Shown piece after piece: positions 13,401 to 27,300 of a stretch of 64,000 nucleotides of DNA (position 1 is its first letter; every line of letters starts with the position of its first letter). This stretch comes from Girardia tigrina. Taxonomy: Eukaryota. The stretch lies in the NCBI GenBank assembly GCA_001938485.1, contig MQRK01254984.1, forward strand, positions 1 to 64,000, given 5' to 3'. The notes beneath the pieces were generated by a model, which searched no databases, was not told the origin of the DNA, and saw nothing but the letters and a program-made list of their open reading frames with translations. A program made the position numbers and the translations under genes.

Positions 13401-13979
13401 TACATATAATGAACACTATAGGATTAACAAAATTTTATTATAATCAAAATTTACATAGTCTCAACGACAATTCTCAACAAAACTTTCACATCCAACTAAA
13501 TAGATATGATTTTAGAATTAATCGTTTTCAAATAATCATTCTAACAAAGATTTCCATTTTATAAAATTAAATTAATTTTAATAATTTCACGTTAAAAACT
13601 TTTAATTGATATATTTAATTTTGGTATCTTGATGAAAAATGAATTTACCTTGAAAATTGTTTTCATGCTTTTATTTTTAAAACTTTTATTAAATCGTTTT
13701 TAAAATTTTATATTAAACTTTTTATTTTAACAGAATTACTAATTTATTTTTTGTAGTTAAAATTTATAAATGTCTTTTGTTGCAATTGAAAATGGAAATG
13801 TTGCTCCACCATTACTCATCAGTAATGAGTCATCACGTATATCCAAAAACCCAATTTTCCATCTACGTGGGAGAAACACAGTTCCAAATACCAAATTTAA
13901 CATAGCGAATTTAAAATATTTCACATACAACATGTTTCCAAAACTCTGGAGGATGATTGATATAACTTTTTGCAAAAGC

Positions 13980-14935
13980 AAGACGCATCTTCCTATACCT
14001 TACCGAAAGCAATGTATGTTTAACAATGAATAAGATTGTTGACTCTAAATATTGGTGAAAATTGTTGCTAACCTCTACTTACTTACTTTTCCACGGCGAT
14101 AGCACTTGTTGTTCCAGAAGATAAAGAGATCCATGAGTTTTGTGTTTGTGGTTAAGCTTGCTGCATTAAAAGAGACAAGCTATGCTCTTCAAGCTAAAGT
14201 TGAATGAACTGTGTTATAAAATGAATGAATTAAAGGAATAAATATTATTTTACTGGAATTAACGGAATCTTTCGGAGATTATGGCTCCGCCGTCGGGAAG
14301 AAGTTTGAAATACGTGAGTGACTTTGCATAGTTTCTGACAAAAAATAATCCGGACGTTGCGATCAGATATTGTTCGCAGAACAATAGTTGAATGATTGTC
14401 TGTGTAATCCACCCAAATACGGTTGCATTCCTTTGGAGGTACGTCTTGAAGATAATTCCATTTTTCATCGATCACGATGATCTTTTCCTTAGCTCTTCTT
14501 GCTAAATAAACATTCCCAATTTCTTAAGAGCAAGTGGCTCTGATTGTCTTGTCTTTAAAAGTCAAAATGTGAGGAACCCATCTTCTGCAAAGTAACTTTT
14601 TGGCAAAATCTTACTTCTATATACCACGAGCGCTCGTTTCTTTAATTTCTGAAACTCATGAAATGTCTGGATAGCTTAAATGACAATCTTCTTCAATCAT
14701 TCCTCGCACAATTGTGACATCCTCTTCTGCTGTTCTCGTTCGTGGTCTTCCTAAACCTTTTCGCTCAAAAAGTGTCCATTGTTCTCTTGCAAACTCTTTC
14801 GTAATCTGTTGTACTCTTCGACGCTCTCAACTGCCAAACTTTCGACAAGAAAGCGATGGATTTCGGTAGCCGAAAGGTTCTCTCGTTTTAAAGTTTCAGC
14901 GAAGAGATTTATGTCACATTACTTTGCTTTCATGT
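13980..14935 (-). mobile_element. Degenerate Tc1/mariner transposase remnant
   Basis: N-terminal SATEIHRFL..GRPRT and catalytic VIDEKW-like motif (14245-14475); many stops. Confidence 0.55.
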
Positions 14936-16299
14936 TTCAGGCTAAATTATTTTAAAATCTCTAATTGGTTTATTTAAATTTAAATCTTCGACTTTCCAGT
15001 ATTGGTTATGATCTGTATAAGCAAATTTATTTAAGAAAAACCTCTCTAAGAAATTTTAATTTTGATCTTTTACTGATAAAAATGAAAATCTTTTCCGGGA
15101 ACTACATTCTCTAATGATTTGGTTTGCAATTTCCATAACCAATACTTGTTTAGCTCTTTTGAAACGAATATTTTCCTCTTTTTTCTCTTTTTTCTATTCC
15201 TGGTTTGCTCCTAAATTTTTGATATCTCGAAAAGTGAAATCTCAGGCTGACTTCGAATATCAGGATAACCTTTCCATTAGCTGACCTTGTCCACGATTAC
15301 TTCCGGATTCGAGTAACAAAAATATTTTTCAGCATTTTGTTATGATTTTCGTGAGAACAAAACTTATGTTTCGGTACTATGTAATTCAAACCACTTGTCT
15401 ATTTCTAGATTCGTTTATTTTACCATCAGATAGAAATTTTGTCAAATTTATTTACAGAATTAACACATCTTTATCAAAACATTAGGTATTCAAGACTTTT
15501 TAAGAGGTAAAGTATCTTTCCTCAAGCTGTACATAGAAAAAGTTTTTAATATTTTAGATGTTGAAATAAGGATTCTAAATAAACAAACGAAAGATAGCTT
15601 AAAAATTAAGTAAAATATAGAAATAAAGTATAAAATTGACGAAATATAGGAAGATAATTAATAGGTTGAAATTCAAAACTGATAAGTTGTTGGTAGTTCC
15701 TACTTATATTTTGGGGTTCGAATATGCACATTTTATTTATAAATGAGAATTTATCATAAAAAAATAAATCTGTAGAACTCTGATTTATTTCACAATTATT
15801 ATTCGCTCAAAGTATAAAACAGAGCTCAACTGTGTAAACTTCGACGAAAAGCTATTCGTTCAATTTCGATGTTTCGAGTTCCGTTAAAACTTGTACTAAA
15901 ATAAATAAAATCAATTTAAACATTTTAATAATATTTACATGTTTTTAATTTTAACGCCCGAGTATATTCAAACATTAATCCATACCGACCGCCCAAATCG
16001 GACATTAACTGCTGGTTAAACGCGTGAAAATACGGTAAATATTTTTGTATTATAAATACCGCTTATTAACACTAAGACAAAATTTTAGCTAAATATACAT
16101 TTTGATTGCTGATATAATTTAATGTGATTTGTATTTGTTGTATGTTTAATCATGTTTAATGACTTAGGTTAAATTTCAGTCAAAAATCTGGTTTAATTAA
16201 TTTTGCAATTGAGAATGGTTCTGACAACGACGCAAGATAGCTTTTATATTGAAAGTTATTTTTGTTCTAGAAAATATATATAATAAAGATAGATTTATT

Positions 16300-17340
16300 C
16301 ATACAATAAAAGCTCATTGGTTTTTTGGTAGCAATTTTCCACCTGCAAAAGTTTCATTCAAAGAAGTTGTTCATAAATTAATGATCAAGTTTAGGATCGA
16401 TGATCAAAACAAATCAAAACCGTAAACGAAGTTGTTTGGAAGACGCTACAGACACCAACATTGAATAGCGAATGTTTCGCAGTCCAAAAAATCTATCAGT
16501 TGATTGACTCTGAAAACTAGACTCTCCATCTGGAGATGTCACGAAGTTTTCTTTAACAAACAGACTATTTTAACTTGAAAAATATCGATTCTTAAGGAAT
16601 AAATTTGAAGTAGTCATACTAAGCGCATTCGATACTGCTAATTTTTTTGGGCAAACAACAATGATAACAGTCCGAATACGCCATTTTTACTGATGAGGCT
16701 AGGCAACACCTTTCCGGTTAGATAAATTCATAGAAATTTTGAATGTGGACTACAGATAATCACACCAGTTCATTGAATCTCCATTAACCCTTATAAAAAA
16801 TGAAACTTCTCACACGCAATGCAATGAAATCAATTTTAACCTTCACATCAGACTAAAAACAATCCGAAATCTCATCGATGCAATTCGACTTAAACGTCAG
16901 ACCAAATGATAATCTGAGAGAACAGTATATTCTATCTAATGTACCAGGTTTGAGACTTGCAACACTCAGTAAAATAACACATTTGATCAGTGCAAGACAA
17001 TCACACACCGGCAAAATACATTTCCTTTTGAATTTCTTCTCTATTTTCAAGTTGTTTACAAACTTAAACTAGTACACGAAATATATATGAACACTTGATT
17101 GCATCGAAAGTGAGAAGTTTCATCTCACAGATCAGCTTTTGGTTGGCTGTCAATTGTAATCGTTATCAGATGTCTCCGTTACGTTGTAAATTATGGAACG
17201 ATAGAGAAATCATATCGCATAACAAATAAAAAAATGAAAATCCAAAATTCAAAACGTCGTATAGTATGCTAGTTTAGTGCATGTGGTAACCTGATGATGA
17301 AATTATTACCTCGAAACGCATCGTCTTAATTTTATCCGTT
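16300..17340 (+). mobile_element. Heavily decayed Penelope-like element 3' part
   Basis: Ends in a minimal hammerhead motif typical of PLE pseudo-LTRs; upstream coding remnant is too decayed to read confidently. Confidence 0.45.
17285..17325 (+). ncRNA. Degenerate minimal hammerhead ribozyme
   Basis: GGTAAC-CTGATGA-TGA..TC-GAAA-CGCATC-GTC; stem III is one change from palindromic ACGCGT. Confidence 0.55.
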
Positions 17341-17358
17341 GTATATAGATTTTACTTA

Positions 17359-17361
<3 letters not shown>

Positions 17362-17404
<43 letters not shown>
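17362..17404. repeat. (TA)n microsatellite, target of the hAT insertion (resumes at 22372)
   Basis: Directly visible. Confidence 0.95.
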
Positions 17405-17407
<3 letters not shown>

Positions 17408-18315
17408 GCCCTGGAAGAGGGGAGGGGCAATGGGCCTCTAAATTTAAGGGGCCTCCAAAATATAGATATAAACACTATTGAAAAGTTTACATTAAACATT
17501 TATGTAGAGCAACTAAAAAATTCCTGTAATAAAATCTAATACAACTATGAGAGGCCTTAATGTTTGGTGTAAAATATGCACAACTTTTTCACTCCAAAAA
17601 CTTTTTTTGTACGTTATGAGTTGTTAGAGGAATCCAAATTTTTGTCCATGTAAAAAAGCTTTTACATACATCTAATCCACAATTACCAATGTTAAAAATT
17701 TAAAACCAATTTCACATTTTTTTCAATAAAGATTCCACAAATCAAGCAGAACTCGAAACAATATGTAATAAAGAAAATTTCACAGTTGTAAGTGCAGTAA
17801 GGGATATAGTTAGCGAAATAGAGGAACTGGATGAAATTACAGTTGAGAGCACTGAGAGTGTAAACACAATGGAAAAGGATGTAGTTAGTGCACTGGATTT
17901 AATAATCAATCGATCAACATGCAAATGGATGTTGGAAATAAAATAAATCTATTGAAAAGCATATTATTATTATCGGATATTGGAATGTTTAATAACATTA
18001 ACCACGCTCAAATCAAATCATTTTTGAAAATTACATTTTTGAAAAAAATGTAAAAAAAGCTACTTTGCCTGATCGTGGATTTGACATCTTGCTGAAAAAT
18101 GCAATTGAAAATGAAACCACATATTTGAAAAATCTTTTGAAACGTTTTCTTGATATAATGTTTTTTCTATCCGAGAGAGGACTAGCTTTTTTGGATCTAA
18201 TGAGAGCATTGGGAATGCAAATAATGTAAATTTTCTTGGCATAGTTGAACTTCTAAGTAAATATGATACGATATATTCAGAGCATGTTTCAAAAGTTCGA
18301 GCAACACGAGAAGAA

Positions 18316-19489
18316 AATAATATTATTAATAAAAAAAATTTTTTTATAAAAACAACCACGTTTTTCAAGCATTACCAATGCACTAAAAAGAGGAAAATAA
18401 TTTTTTTCTAGACATGTGAGAAATTTTATACCTAACCAAAAACGTGGGGCGGATTTCTGAATTACTGCTATTAGTAACTGCTATTTCCTCTTTACTGCTT
18501 GGGGGAACAAAATGGCCAGGCCATGATTTTAATAAGTCGTCAAGCAGGGAGCTCGGACTAAAGCGTCCATTGAGCCCAGGAACGCCGCATCAGGAGAACC
18601 CTCATTTGCGAGTATACGAACCTCTTGACTAATACTCCTGCAAATATTAACACAAAGACAAGAGCCACGACCCAGCCCGGCATTTCTATTTGGGCAGGCC
18701 GCCAACCCATAAGGGTCGGATTGCGTTAGGCAACTGGCAAAGAACAAACTAAGAAAGTAAGTTCTTACAGGAGTCTTTGTGAGAAACGCAAAAGCATAGT
18801 AACAATCGATGATTCCTATGCCCCACGTTTTTGGTTAGGTATAAAATTTCTCACATGTCTAGAAAAAAATTATTTTCCTCTTTTTAGTGCATTGGTAATG
18901 CTTGAAAAACGTGGTTGTTTTTATAAAAAAATTTTTTTATTAATAATATTATTTAACTATTTTTAGTTATCATTTGGGAATTTTTTTTTTCAAAATTTCT
19001 TTTATCACATTATATTGTCATCGGAAGCTAGCCTGTATAAAACTTCATTCATGAAAATAAACGAAAAGATTGCTATTTAATACAGTGTATAAATTTGTAG
19101 ATAATCGTAAGTGGTTTTTTGCAAAACAAATTAGAAAAAAATATTTTTNNNNNNNNNNNNNNNNNNNNNNNNNNNNNNNNNNNNNNNNNNNNNNNNNNNN
19201 NNNNNNNNNNNNNNNNNNNNNNNNNNNNNNNNNNNNNNNNNNNNNNNNNNNNNNNNNNNNNNNNNNNNNNNNNNNNNNNNNNNNNNNNNNNNNNNNNNNN
19301 NNNNNNNNNNNNNNNNNNNNNNNNNNNNNNNNNNNNNNNNNNNNNNNNNNNNNNNNNNNNNNNNNNNNNNNNNNNAGCTCAATTGGATGACTGAAAGTGG
19401 TCGAAAAATCAATCGCAAGATTTGTTCCAGACAGACAAACAGACAAACAGACAAACAGACAAGAAAGCAAGCTAATAAAAACGTGGTAA
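18316..19489 (-). mobile_element. Non-autonomous Helentron/DINE-1-like element (HINE), copy 1, with 135-bp foldback
   Basis: Minus-strand start TTACCACGTTTTT followed by a (GTCT/GTTT)n microsatellite; inverted subTIR AAAAACGTGGT; arms 18316-18450 and 18820-18953. Inserted in an A-run without TSD; removal restores the hAT frame EENRLQVHY. Confidence 0.7.
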
Positions 19490-20839
19490 AATAGATTGCA
19501 AGTTCATTATATATCAACAAAATTCAAAACGAGTTTATCGACATATGTGGCTCATTTGTGCAAAGAAAAATTATTGATGAAATTAGTAGCGGTAAGTATT
19601 TTTCTATTATTGCTGATGCAATCCAATATTTATCTATTAAGATCAAACAACTTTGATAATTCGTTATATTAAATTAAATGAATTGAATTTTCAATTGAAG
19701 GACGCTACAAATGTTTTATTAATTTTTCGGAAATAAGCGAGCAGAGAAATTACTGCTCGCTTATTGTGTCTCTTAAAAGATTTAAATTTGAATTTTCAAA
19801 ACTGTGTTGGCCAAGGAAATGATAATCGGGTCAATATATCTGGAAAATATAACTGAGTACAAGCACTTCGTTTGCTCGAAAATGCCAATCGCACTTTCAG
19901 TACCTGCGGTAATCATACTTTAAATCTTGTTTGAGTTAACGCAGTAAAATCTTGCAAAGAAGCACTAACATACTTCGGAACTATTCAGCATTTATATAAC
20001 TTTCTTAGTAGCAGTCTAAAAAGATGGAAGGTTTTAAAAAACCATATGCATGAAATTTCTTGACACAAAATTTCAAAAACCGAATTGTCTGCAAGAATAA
20101 ATGCAGTGAAACCAGTTACCCTTCAATTAACATCCTTATTATTAGCTGTGAATTAATTTGAGCTCCGTTGTCTTCCAGCTGAGGCTCAGACTCAGATTAA
20201 ATTCTTTAAAAAATATCTTACATCATTTGAATGCGTTTTGATGTCTACAATTCAGATGAAAGTTCTTGTTTTGTTTGTGTCTGTAGTAAACACAAATTAA
20301 CCCACATTCGATTCATTAATTTTTCATAAAAAAATACTAAATTATTTACCAATTTTATAATTTTTCAAAAAGAATTAACCGACAACAATGGAGCAAATTA
20401 ATTTTGTAAATTAAAAATGTTTATATATTCACAAAAAATATTGGCGAGTTTTCAAATTATTAAATAATTTAACTTTTATTGCAATTGCTAAATTGAAAAT
20501 AATGATTTTTAACAACTTTTCAAATGGAATCTCATCCTGAAATTTACACTCTTTCTCTGTGTGACATTTTCAACTTATCTTGGCTCGTTCACGGAATGAA
20601 TCGTGTTCTATTTCTCTGATATCGCCAAAGTGACGATATAAGACAACAAAGTCAATAGAAATTCACTCTTTAAATCTCTTCCAATGTTGCACTTTCTTCC
20701 CGATCGGTTCAAACGATTTTATCTCTTCAGAATGATCATTATATTCACGTTTCTCCTTGTCGGAATGGTCGTGGGTCCCGCCATTCTAGTGACATACCTT
20801 ATTCTTCACAAGGCTTTTGTCAATGGGTTCTGTTAATTT

Positions 20840-20965
20840 CTTTGGATCCACTTCACGTGCATAGTGCAGCGGTTGGAATGCGCATGAGAGTGTACGCGGA
20901 CGACGAAACGCCCGCCAAGTTCCGCAAGGAGCACTCGCTCGTGCTCATAAATCACAAAAACGGAT
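20840..20965 (+). pseudogene. GC-rich fragment of an AGPAT3/4/LPAT2-type lysophosphatidic acid acyltransferase gene
   Basis: LWIHFTCIVQR-(frameshift)-GMRMRVYADDETPAKFRKEHSLVLINHK resembles LPAT2 [30 protein letters not shown] up to the NHxxxxD motif. Confidence 0.7.
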
Positions 20966-22640
20966 CGCGACACGTTGGAGCAAGCAGGCGAGATGGTAAC
21001 CTGCACCTCAATTATTGAGTGCCATCTATCACCGGTGAATTTTATGTTATGTATAAATTTAATTAACAAATATAATTCTCCAAACCCAGAAAGCAACAGT
21101 GACAACAGAAAGAATTAATATTTACAAACTTATTGAAGATATAATAAAATTAAAAATGGATGGAATTTGCTTCTTTCGGAGTCAATGAAAATTGCAGCAA
21201 CTAATGAAATCATTGCAGAATTAGCGAAAAATCGCCGAATAAAAAATCAAGTATATACAGAAGCATATTTTCACAAAATATTTAACGAGATCATTAACAC
21301 AATGTTATATGGACTTAAGTAGCGATTTAAAGCTGTTTTTCTTACTTTACATAATAACACATTAAAATTTCTATAAAATCGCTGCTTGGCTCAATATGAA
21401 GAAGTTTACAAAGATCTTACAAAAAAATCGAAGTAATTGTTAATAACCGATTTTATTGCCATCTCTCATAATGTAAATATTTCTACTTCAAACATCGAAT
21501 CGGCACAAATAACTTCGAGTGATGAAAGTGAATTCGAACCTTCGATTCCGAAAAAAAGAATTAGAGTAATTTCTGACAGTGATGAAGGATAATAAAACAC
21601 CTTTGGTTTTATTTTTTGTTCTTCTGTTTAATGTATTGTAATTAAATAAAAAAACAGTGTTTCCGTAATATATTACATATTTTAACCTGTCAATGCATTT
21701 TATTTTTATTTCTGTGTACACCTAAAAATATTGAAAAAAATCACAACTGTTAAATAGCAAAATTATGCATTTTCTACAAGCTTTTCGATTTACATGGTTT
21801 TAACTTTACAATTTTTAATTTTCTATTTAAACGTTTTTTCTCAGGAACGTATCTACCGTGTAAATCGAGGGTAGGTGTATATTTCTTAAAAGAATATATA
21901 AATGCAATTTTAAAGGCTGAAAAAAAACCGTCCGAACTTTTAAAAGAAATTATTGAAATGGGTTTTGTAAACGTTTACCCAAATATTTATATTGCCCTTA
22001 AAATATTTTTAACCATTCCAGTAAGCGTAGCAACTGCAGAGAGAAGTTTAAGCGCTCTCAAACGAATTAAAAATTACTTGAGATCAACAATGACCCAGGA
22101 TCATGTAAATGGTCTGGAAACACTGAATATTAATTCGGAGATAGCGAGAAATTTAGATTATTTCCAATTAATAAATTCTTTCACAGCTCTAAAGGCTCGA
22201 AAAGCACTTTTGTAATTTTTATTCATTAGATTTAATTTTCGTGTTATGATATTTGGAATTAACTTTTTTTGATCAAAAAACGTACAAATTTTATTTATTT
22301 ATTTTGTTCTGAACGTAGGGGGCCACATATATTACCTGACCTGGGCTTCCAAGTGGCTCTTACAGGCCCTGTATATATATATACTACAAAGCCTTTATCA
22401 GTATCGCTTTGCTTAAAAATCTCTCGTCCTGAATCTTTTTTTCTTAAAAAACTCTCCTATCATCAGAATTTAAGGTATTTTTAAAATTGATCGTATTAAT
22501 TATTTTTATATTTTGCTTTTAAATTTTGGTATAAGAAAATTTAGTCTTTTATTTGTGATGTAATAAATTCACAGTCCTGGTGCAACATATAACTCAAACA
22601 GGTAGCTAACCTTAACAAAAATTCTTACTTAAAAAAGAAT

Positions 22641-23330
22641 TTAGTTTATTAACACTATCTACAGATTTAAAGAAAAACTGATTTAAATTTGTAGAAAGTG
22701 TTAATAAACTAATTTCCTTGTCTAAACAAAAAAGGTTATTCCAAATCTTTCCCTGATGAATTAAAAAAGGAAACAATGGATAAGATATTTTTGTAAGATA
22801 TTATTTTCTCCTGACGGTTCTAAGAAAGAAATCAAAGTATCATAAAGTATGAATAAGTTGAAATATTACTTAATTACATCTTATTCAGAAGGATTTAAAA
22901 ACTTTTACAATGCCTTGTTGAAAGCAACTAACAATGAATTCAATTTAAAAATTATATCATGATCTCATAAAATTTAAAAAATATTCAGTAATATATCTAA
23001 TTCACCTTTAACACTTTGTTCTGATATTATGTATGAAAAGGAATGCAATTAGTGCGATGCCACTTATATTGGAAACTATCCGTCTTCTGTGTAAACGAAT
23101 TCAAGAACATGGTCGAAAAAGTGAGTGAAAGTAATATTGCAGTACATTGGAAAACATTTAACTGTGATATTGTTAGTTTGTCAAGTATGAAATTTGTAAG
23201 AATGCCTACAATAAATTCAAAAAGGTATAATTTGACAATGACATAACATTTTGTTGTTCAGTGTTTTTGGATGATTGCTACATATCTTGGCTATTGAACT
23301 CAACAAAAAAGATTAATTAAAATTGTTGAT
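22641..23330 (+). mobile_element. Penelope-like element remnant (RT C-terminus/GIY-YIG) with 5' foldback
   Basis: Homologous to 50500-51120; C.ATYIG and KRIQEH motifs; ~31-bp inverted arms 22641-22671 / 22682-22712. Confidence 0.7.
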
Positions 23331-23939
23331 TATGGGATGGAAAATTCTGAATGTTGTAAGTTTGCTGTTTGTATGCTGTTTAGATTTGTGACTCTCCTAC
23401 TCAGATGGGATTGATATGTTATTGATTTGAATCGAATGGAATTAATTCATTGAGATTAATTTTTAAATACTAATTAATTAAAAGTTTTATAATTATAAAT
23501 TATTAATAATATTTTTAGTAAACGATTTTAACTTATTAAATATAATATATTTTAAAAATTAATGTTTATCTTAAAAAATACTTAATGCCTTTTTATCCAA
23601 TAAAATTTTGAGAAATGAAAAGTTAATATTAAACTTGTCCCATTAATTAATTTTTATATTTCAAAAAAAAAACAAAAACTATATCAATCAAAAAGTGGTC
23701 ACTGATAATGGTTGTAAAGAATCTGTTTGTGTTGTTAATAAATGTTTACACTCAAATTGTGATGTTGCTAATACATTACTTGTTTTAATATTTAAAAAAT
23801 GTATTTAAAAAATTTTAAAATTTTTAAAATTGTTTTAATCAAATCGTCACTTTTGATGAAAGGTAGATCGGATAAGATAATCAAGAACGTTCAGCAAGTT
23901 AGGTGGACGCAAATGATGCACTAAAACAGAGTCCAAATT

Positions 23940-24130
23940 GTGAGGAATGTTTTGAATTGTTTGTTGATATTGTGCATGTTTTATGTTGATTCATAATGTG
24001 CATCTCCTACATAGATGGATGATTGGTATTTTCTTTGATTCCTACTAATTAAAAATAATTTAATTTAATTTTAAAGTAAAAAGATTTAAAATACTTTTTG
24101 AATGTATTATTTATTTTTTAATGTAATTTA
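23940..24130. repeat. Dispersed repeat, second copy at ~57095-57290
   Basis: Shared GGAATGTTTTGAATTGTTTGTTG ... GATTGGTATTTTCTTTGATTCCT ... AATAATTTAATTTAATTTTAAAGTAAA. Confidence 0.75.
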
Positions 24131-24364
24131 AAATTTTAATATATTAATTTAGTTAATTTAGTTATTAATTTTGTTCTATTTTCGGAGCAATTTGCCACCA
24201 TGATCGTTTGTCTGTGTCTCCTCTGCTTATTACTATCATGTCTCTCACTGTTCGAATAGTTCTTTCTGCCAACCCGTTTGATTGATGTTGGGGAATGGGC
24301 TACTAAATCTTTGTTCGATTCCATATTTCCTGCAAAAATCTTTAAATTTTCCGCCAGTAAAACA

Positions 24365-27300
24365 TTATCCATTGTCTGTTAATATTGTTTTTGGCTTCCC
24401 ATATCTATATATCCATTTTATCAACAAGCATTGAATTATAGTTTCTTCGTTTTGAGTTCTAATCTCTGTCAAAGAGACCAATTTCGAAAACTGGTCTACC
24501 ATGACCAATAGATATGGGTACATGCTATTCTTGTCACCCACATATGCGATATCCATCACGAATTGCTCTAAAAACTCATCACTTCTTGTTGGAATCAACT
24601 TCTCTTTTGTTTTTTTTCACTTGGAATTTTTCTGCGTATACATTCCTAAAATTCTCATATAACGATTTGCACCTCTCGCTAAATCTGGTAGCATAAAATG
24701 ATTTTGGATATACTTCTTTGGCTTTTTGATATCTACATGACATAAATCTCTGTGTATTTTCCTGATGACATTTCTTCTAATTTGCTTCAGAACCAATGGT
24801 AACACACAATTTCCTTCTTGCCTACCCCATAACCCATTCTGATAAACTAATTGGTCCTTTAAATCTAATAACTCCTTGGTGATTTCATTCTTTTCACCCT
24901 TTGTCATCTCCTGTATTTGTTTAAACTGGTTCAACTCTGAGCACTTTTCTTGTTCGTCTTTTATCCATTGAATTGTAGACGGTATCACCACTGAATTGAT
25001 GGTATTCAAATCACCCTTGCTTTTCTTGATTTTGGTTCTTTGTGTTTTGTTTCACATTGTGCACAAACGTCGTCGCATAGCCGTGATAATCCATCTAAAT
25101 TTCCATGTTCGTCACTTTTTCTATACTTTAAATCAAAGTCGAAATCCCCATGTTTGCTAACCATATCTGGAATTGATGAGTTATTGGTTTGGAAGTACTC
25201 TTCATATACACCAGTGCTTTATGATCAGTTCTTACTGTAAATCGCTTGCTTGAAATGTAACATGAACTCTCGTAAAGCTAATAGTTCCTTTCTTGTTACA
25301 CAGTACCCTTTTTCATATGTGGTTAAAGTCATCGATGCTTACGCTATTACTACTTCTTTCTCTTCTGATATCTGACTTAGAACTGTTCCTATCGATCCGA
25401 ATGATGTATCTGTGTCTAAGATGAAATTATTATTCGGGTTTACAAATGCTAATATTGGTGCACCACATAGCTTTTTCTTCAATTCGTTAAAACTTCTGTC
25501 ACACTCGTCTGACCAAAATATTTCTTTACATTTTTCGCTACATGCACTGTGCAAAGGTGCTGCTAATTCGGCGTAATTCTTGATAAATCGTCGATAGTAG
25601 TTACACAGACCTAAAAATGACGTAAATTTCGAGTACACTTTGGAATCTGAAAATTTTGAATTTCTGCCACTTTCAATTTATTTGTTGAGATACCCTCTTT
25701 GTTAATTGTATGTCCCAGAAATACTAGCTCCCCCACTCCGAATTTGCATTTTCCTGGATTGACTTTTAAATCTGCTTTCTTCAGTCTATTCAGTACTTCT
25801 TTTAATAGTCTCATATGATCCTTCATTGATTTTGAGTAAATTAAGACATCATCTAGGTATATAACTACTCCAGAGAATAGTAAATCTTCAAATAATGAAT
25901 TTATTAATCTCTGAAACGTTCCGGGTTCTGTAGAAAGTCCAAATGGTACACGGTACAAAATGAAGTCTTTTCTTGAGAACTTTATCCCAATGCTACTTGA
26001 TGGTATGCTTTACCTAAATCTATACTGGAAAAAATTTTGGAGCCACCCAGAGCATCCATTAACATTTGGCTGTCTGGCATTGGAAAGGAAATTTTCTTTG
26101 ATACATCATTCAATTTTCTGAAATCTAAACAAACTCGAATACATCCATCTTTCTTTTACATTTCTGAATTATTCCTGCCTTTTCTAATCCTTTCAAAAAT
26201 CCTTCGATTTAACTTTCTAAATGAATGGATTGCCTTCTTGGATTTAGAAAAATCGGTTTACCTTCTGTTTCAATTTTATGGAACACAATATCCGTAAATC
26301 CCAAATCGTATTCATGTTTCATGAAAACATCATCATATCGTTTCACGAAGCTTCCAGTCGTTTGTTTTGCTCTTGCAGTTTCATATCTTTCTCCACTATC
26401 ACAACTGACTTGGTAGTTGTTTCAAGTTTGATTCCGAATTTATGCATGACATTAACACCTCCAATGAATGCCGGTCGGATTGCTTTCACCACTAAAAAAT
26501 CTACTGCGTGGCACTCTTCTTTCCATTTCAACTTCACTGTCATTTTTCCCAAAAACTTATGGCCTTCTGAAAACGCTTCATTTAGTATAATTGGACTCTT
26601 TTCTAATCTGGGTTGCCCGATTTCCAACCAAACCTTCTCACTAATAACTGAAACACCCGCTCCACTATCCCACAACATTAATACATTGCGATTGTTCAGC
26701 TTAACATCGCTCCACCATCTACCATCTGACCCCTCTAATATCTCTGCAATTTGATTTTTTGGATATTTTATGCGAACTCCACAGACGAAATTCTCCCCAT
26801 GGAGTCTCTGGCATTTAAATCATCTTCATATTCATCTTTATTTGATACGATATCCACGTTTTCTATATTGTACATATCTTTGATGCATACTAAATTAACA
26901 TTCTTAATATGATTACAGTTTCTGAACCCATGTCCACTTTTTCCATAGATTAAACAACGATTATTTAAATGACAATCTTTCCTCAAATGCCCATGATTTC
27001 AACAGCAATAACAATCCCCTCTGGTTAAATGCTCCTCTTCTGGAGTCGGAAGTCTCTTTATTTTGCAATATAACTTCCTTGCTTCGTACCAAGCCGATTG
27101 CACCGGGCGATTATATTGTTGTTTATCTTCTGAAATTCTACTGAATCATTTCTCATTACTTTTATTAAATCTTTCCGATGGTATTCTACGTTCTGTTCTT
27201 AATATTGGTTGTCTATCGTTTGATTCATTCAATCGAGCTGTATTTATTTTATGTTCAAGATTCTCATATCTTCTAACTTGATGTTTGTCTTTCTTTACCT

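Larger units (their letters stand above)
17405..22371 (+). mobile_element. Degenerate hAT (Tip100/ZMYM1-like) transposon with nested insertions
   Basis: TIRs CAGGCCCTGGAAGAG / CTCTTACAGGCCCTG between TA repeats; fragments FLSERGLAF..NFLGIVELLSKYD, IQNEFI..YFSIIAD, GQG.DN, and dimerisation domain LTIPVSVATAERS.SALKRIKNYLRSTM (21958-22215). Confidence 0.9.

Noticed and set aside
15120-15400. Possible chromodomain/integrase remnant (WKGYPD, minus strand)
   Set aside because: Single short motif amid stops; insufficient evidence
16690-16720. CTGATGAG hammerhead-like core
   Set aside because: No properly placed GAAA or stem III
19045-19520. ORFs spanning N runs
   Set aside because: Artefacts of an assembly gap
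20272-21107. Solo LTR (TG...CA ends)
   Set aside because: Weak terminal inverted repeat and no target-site duplication
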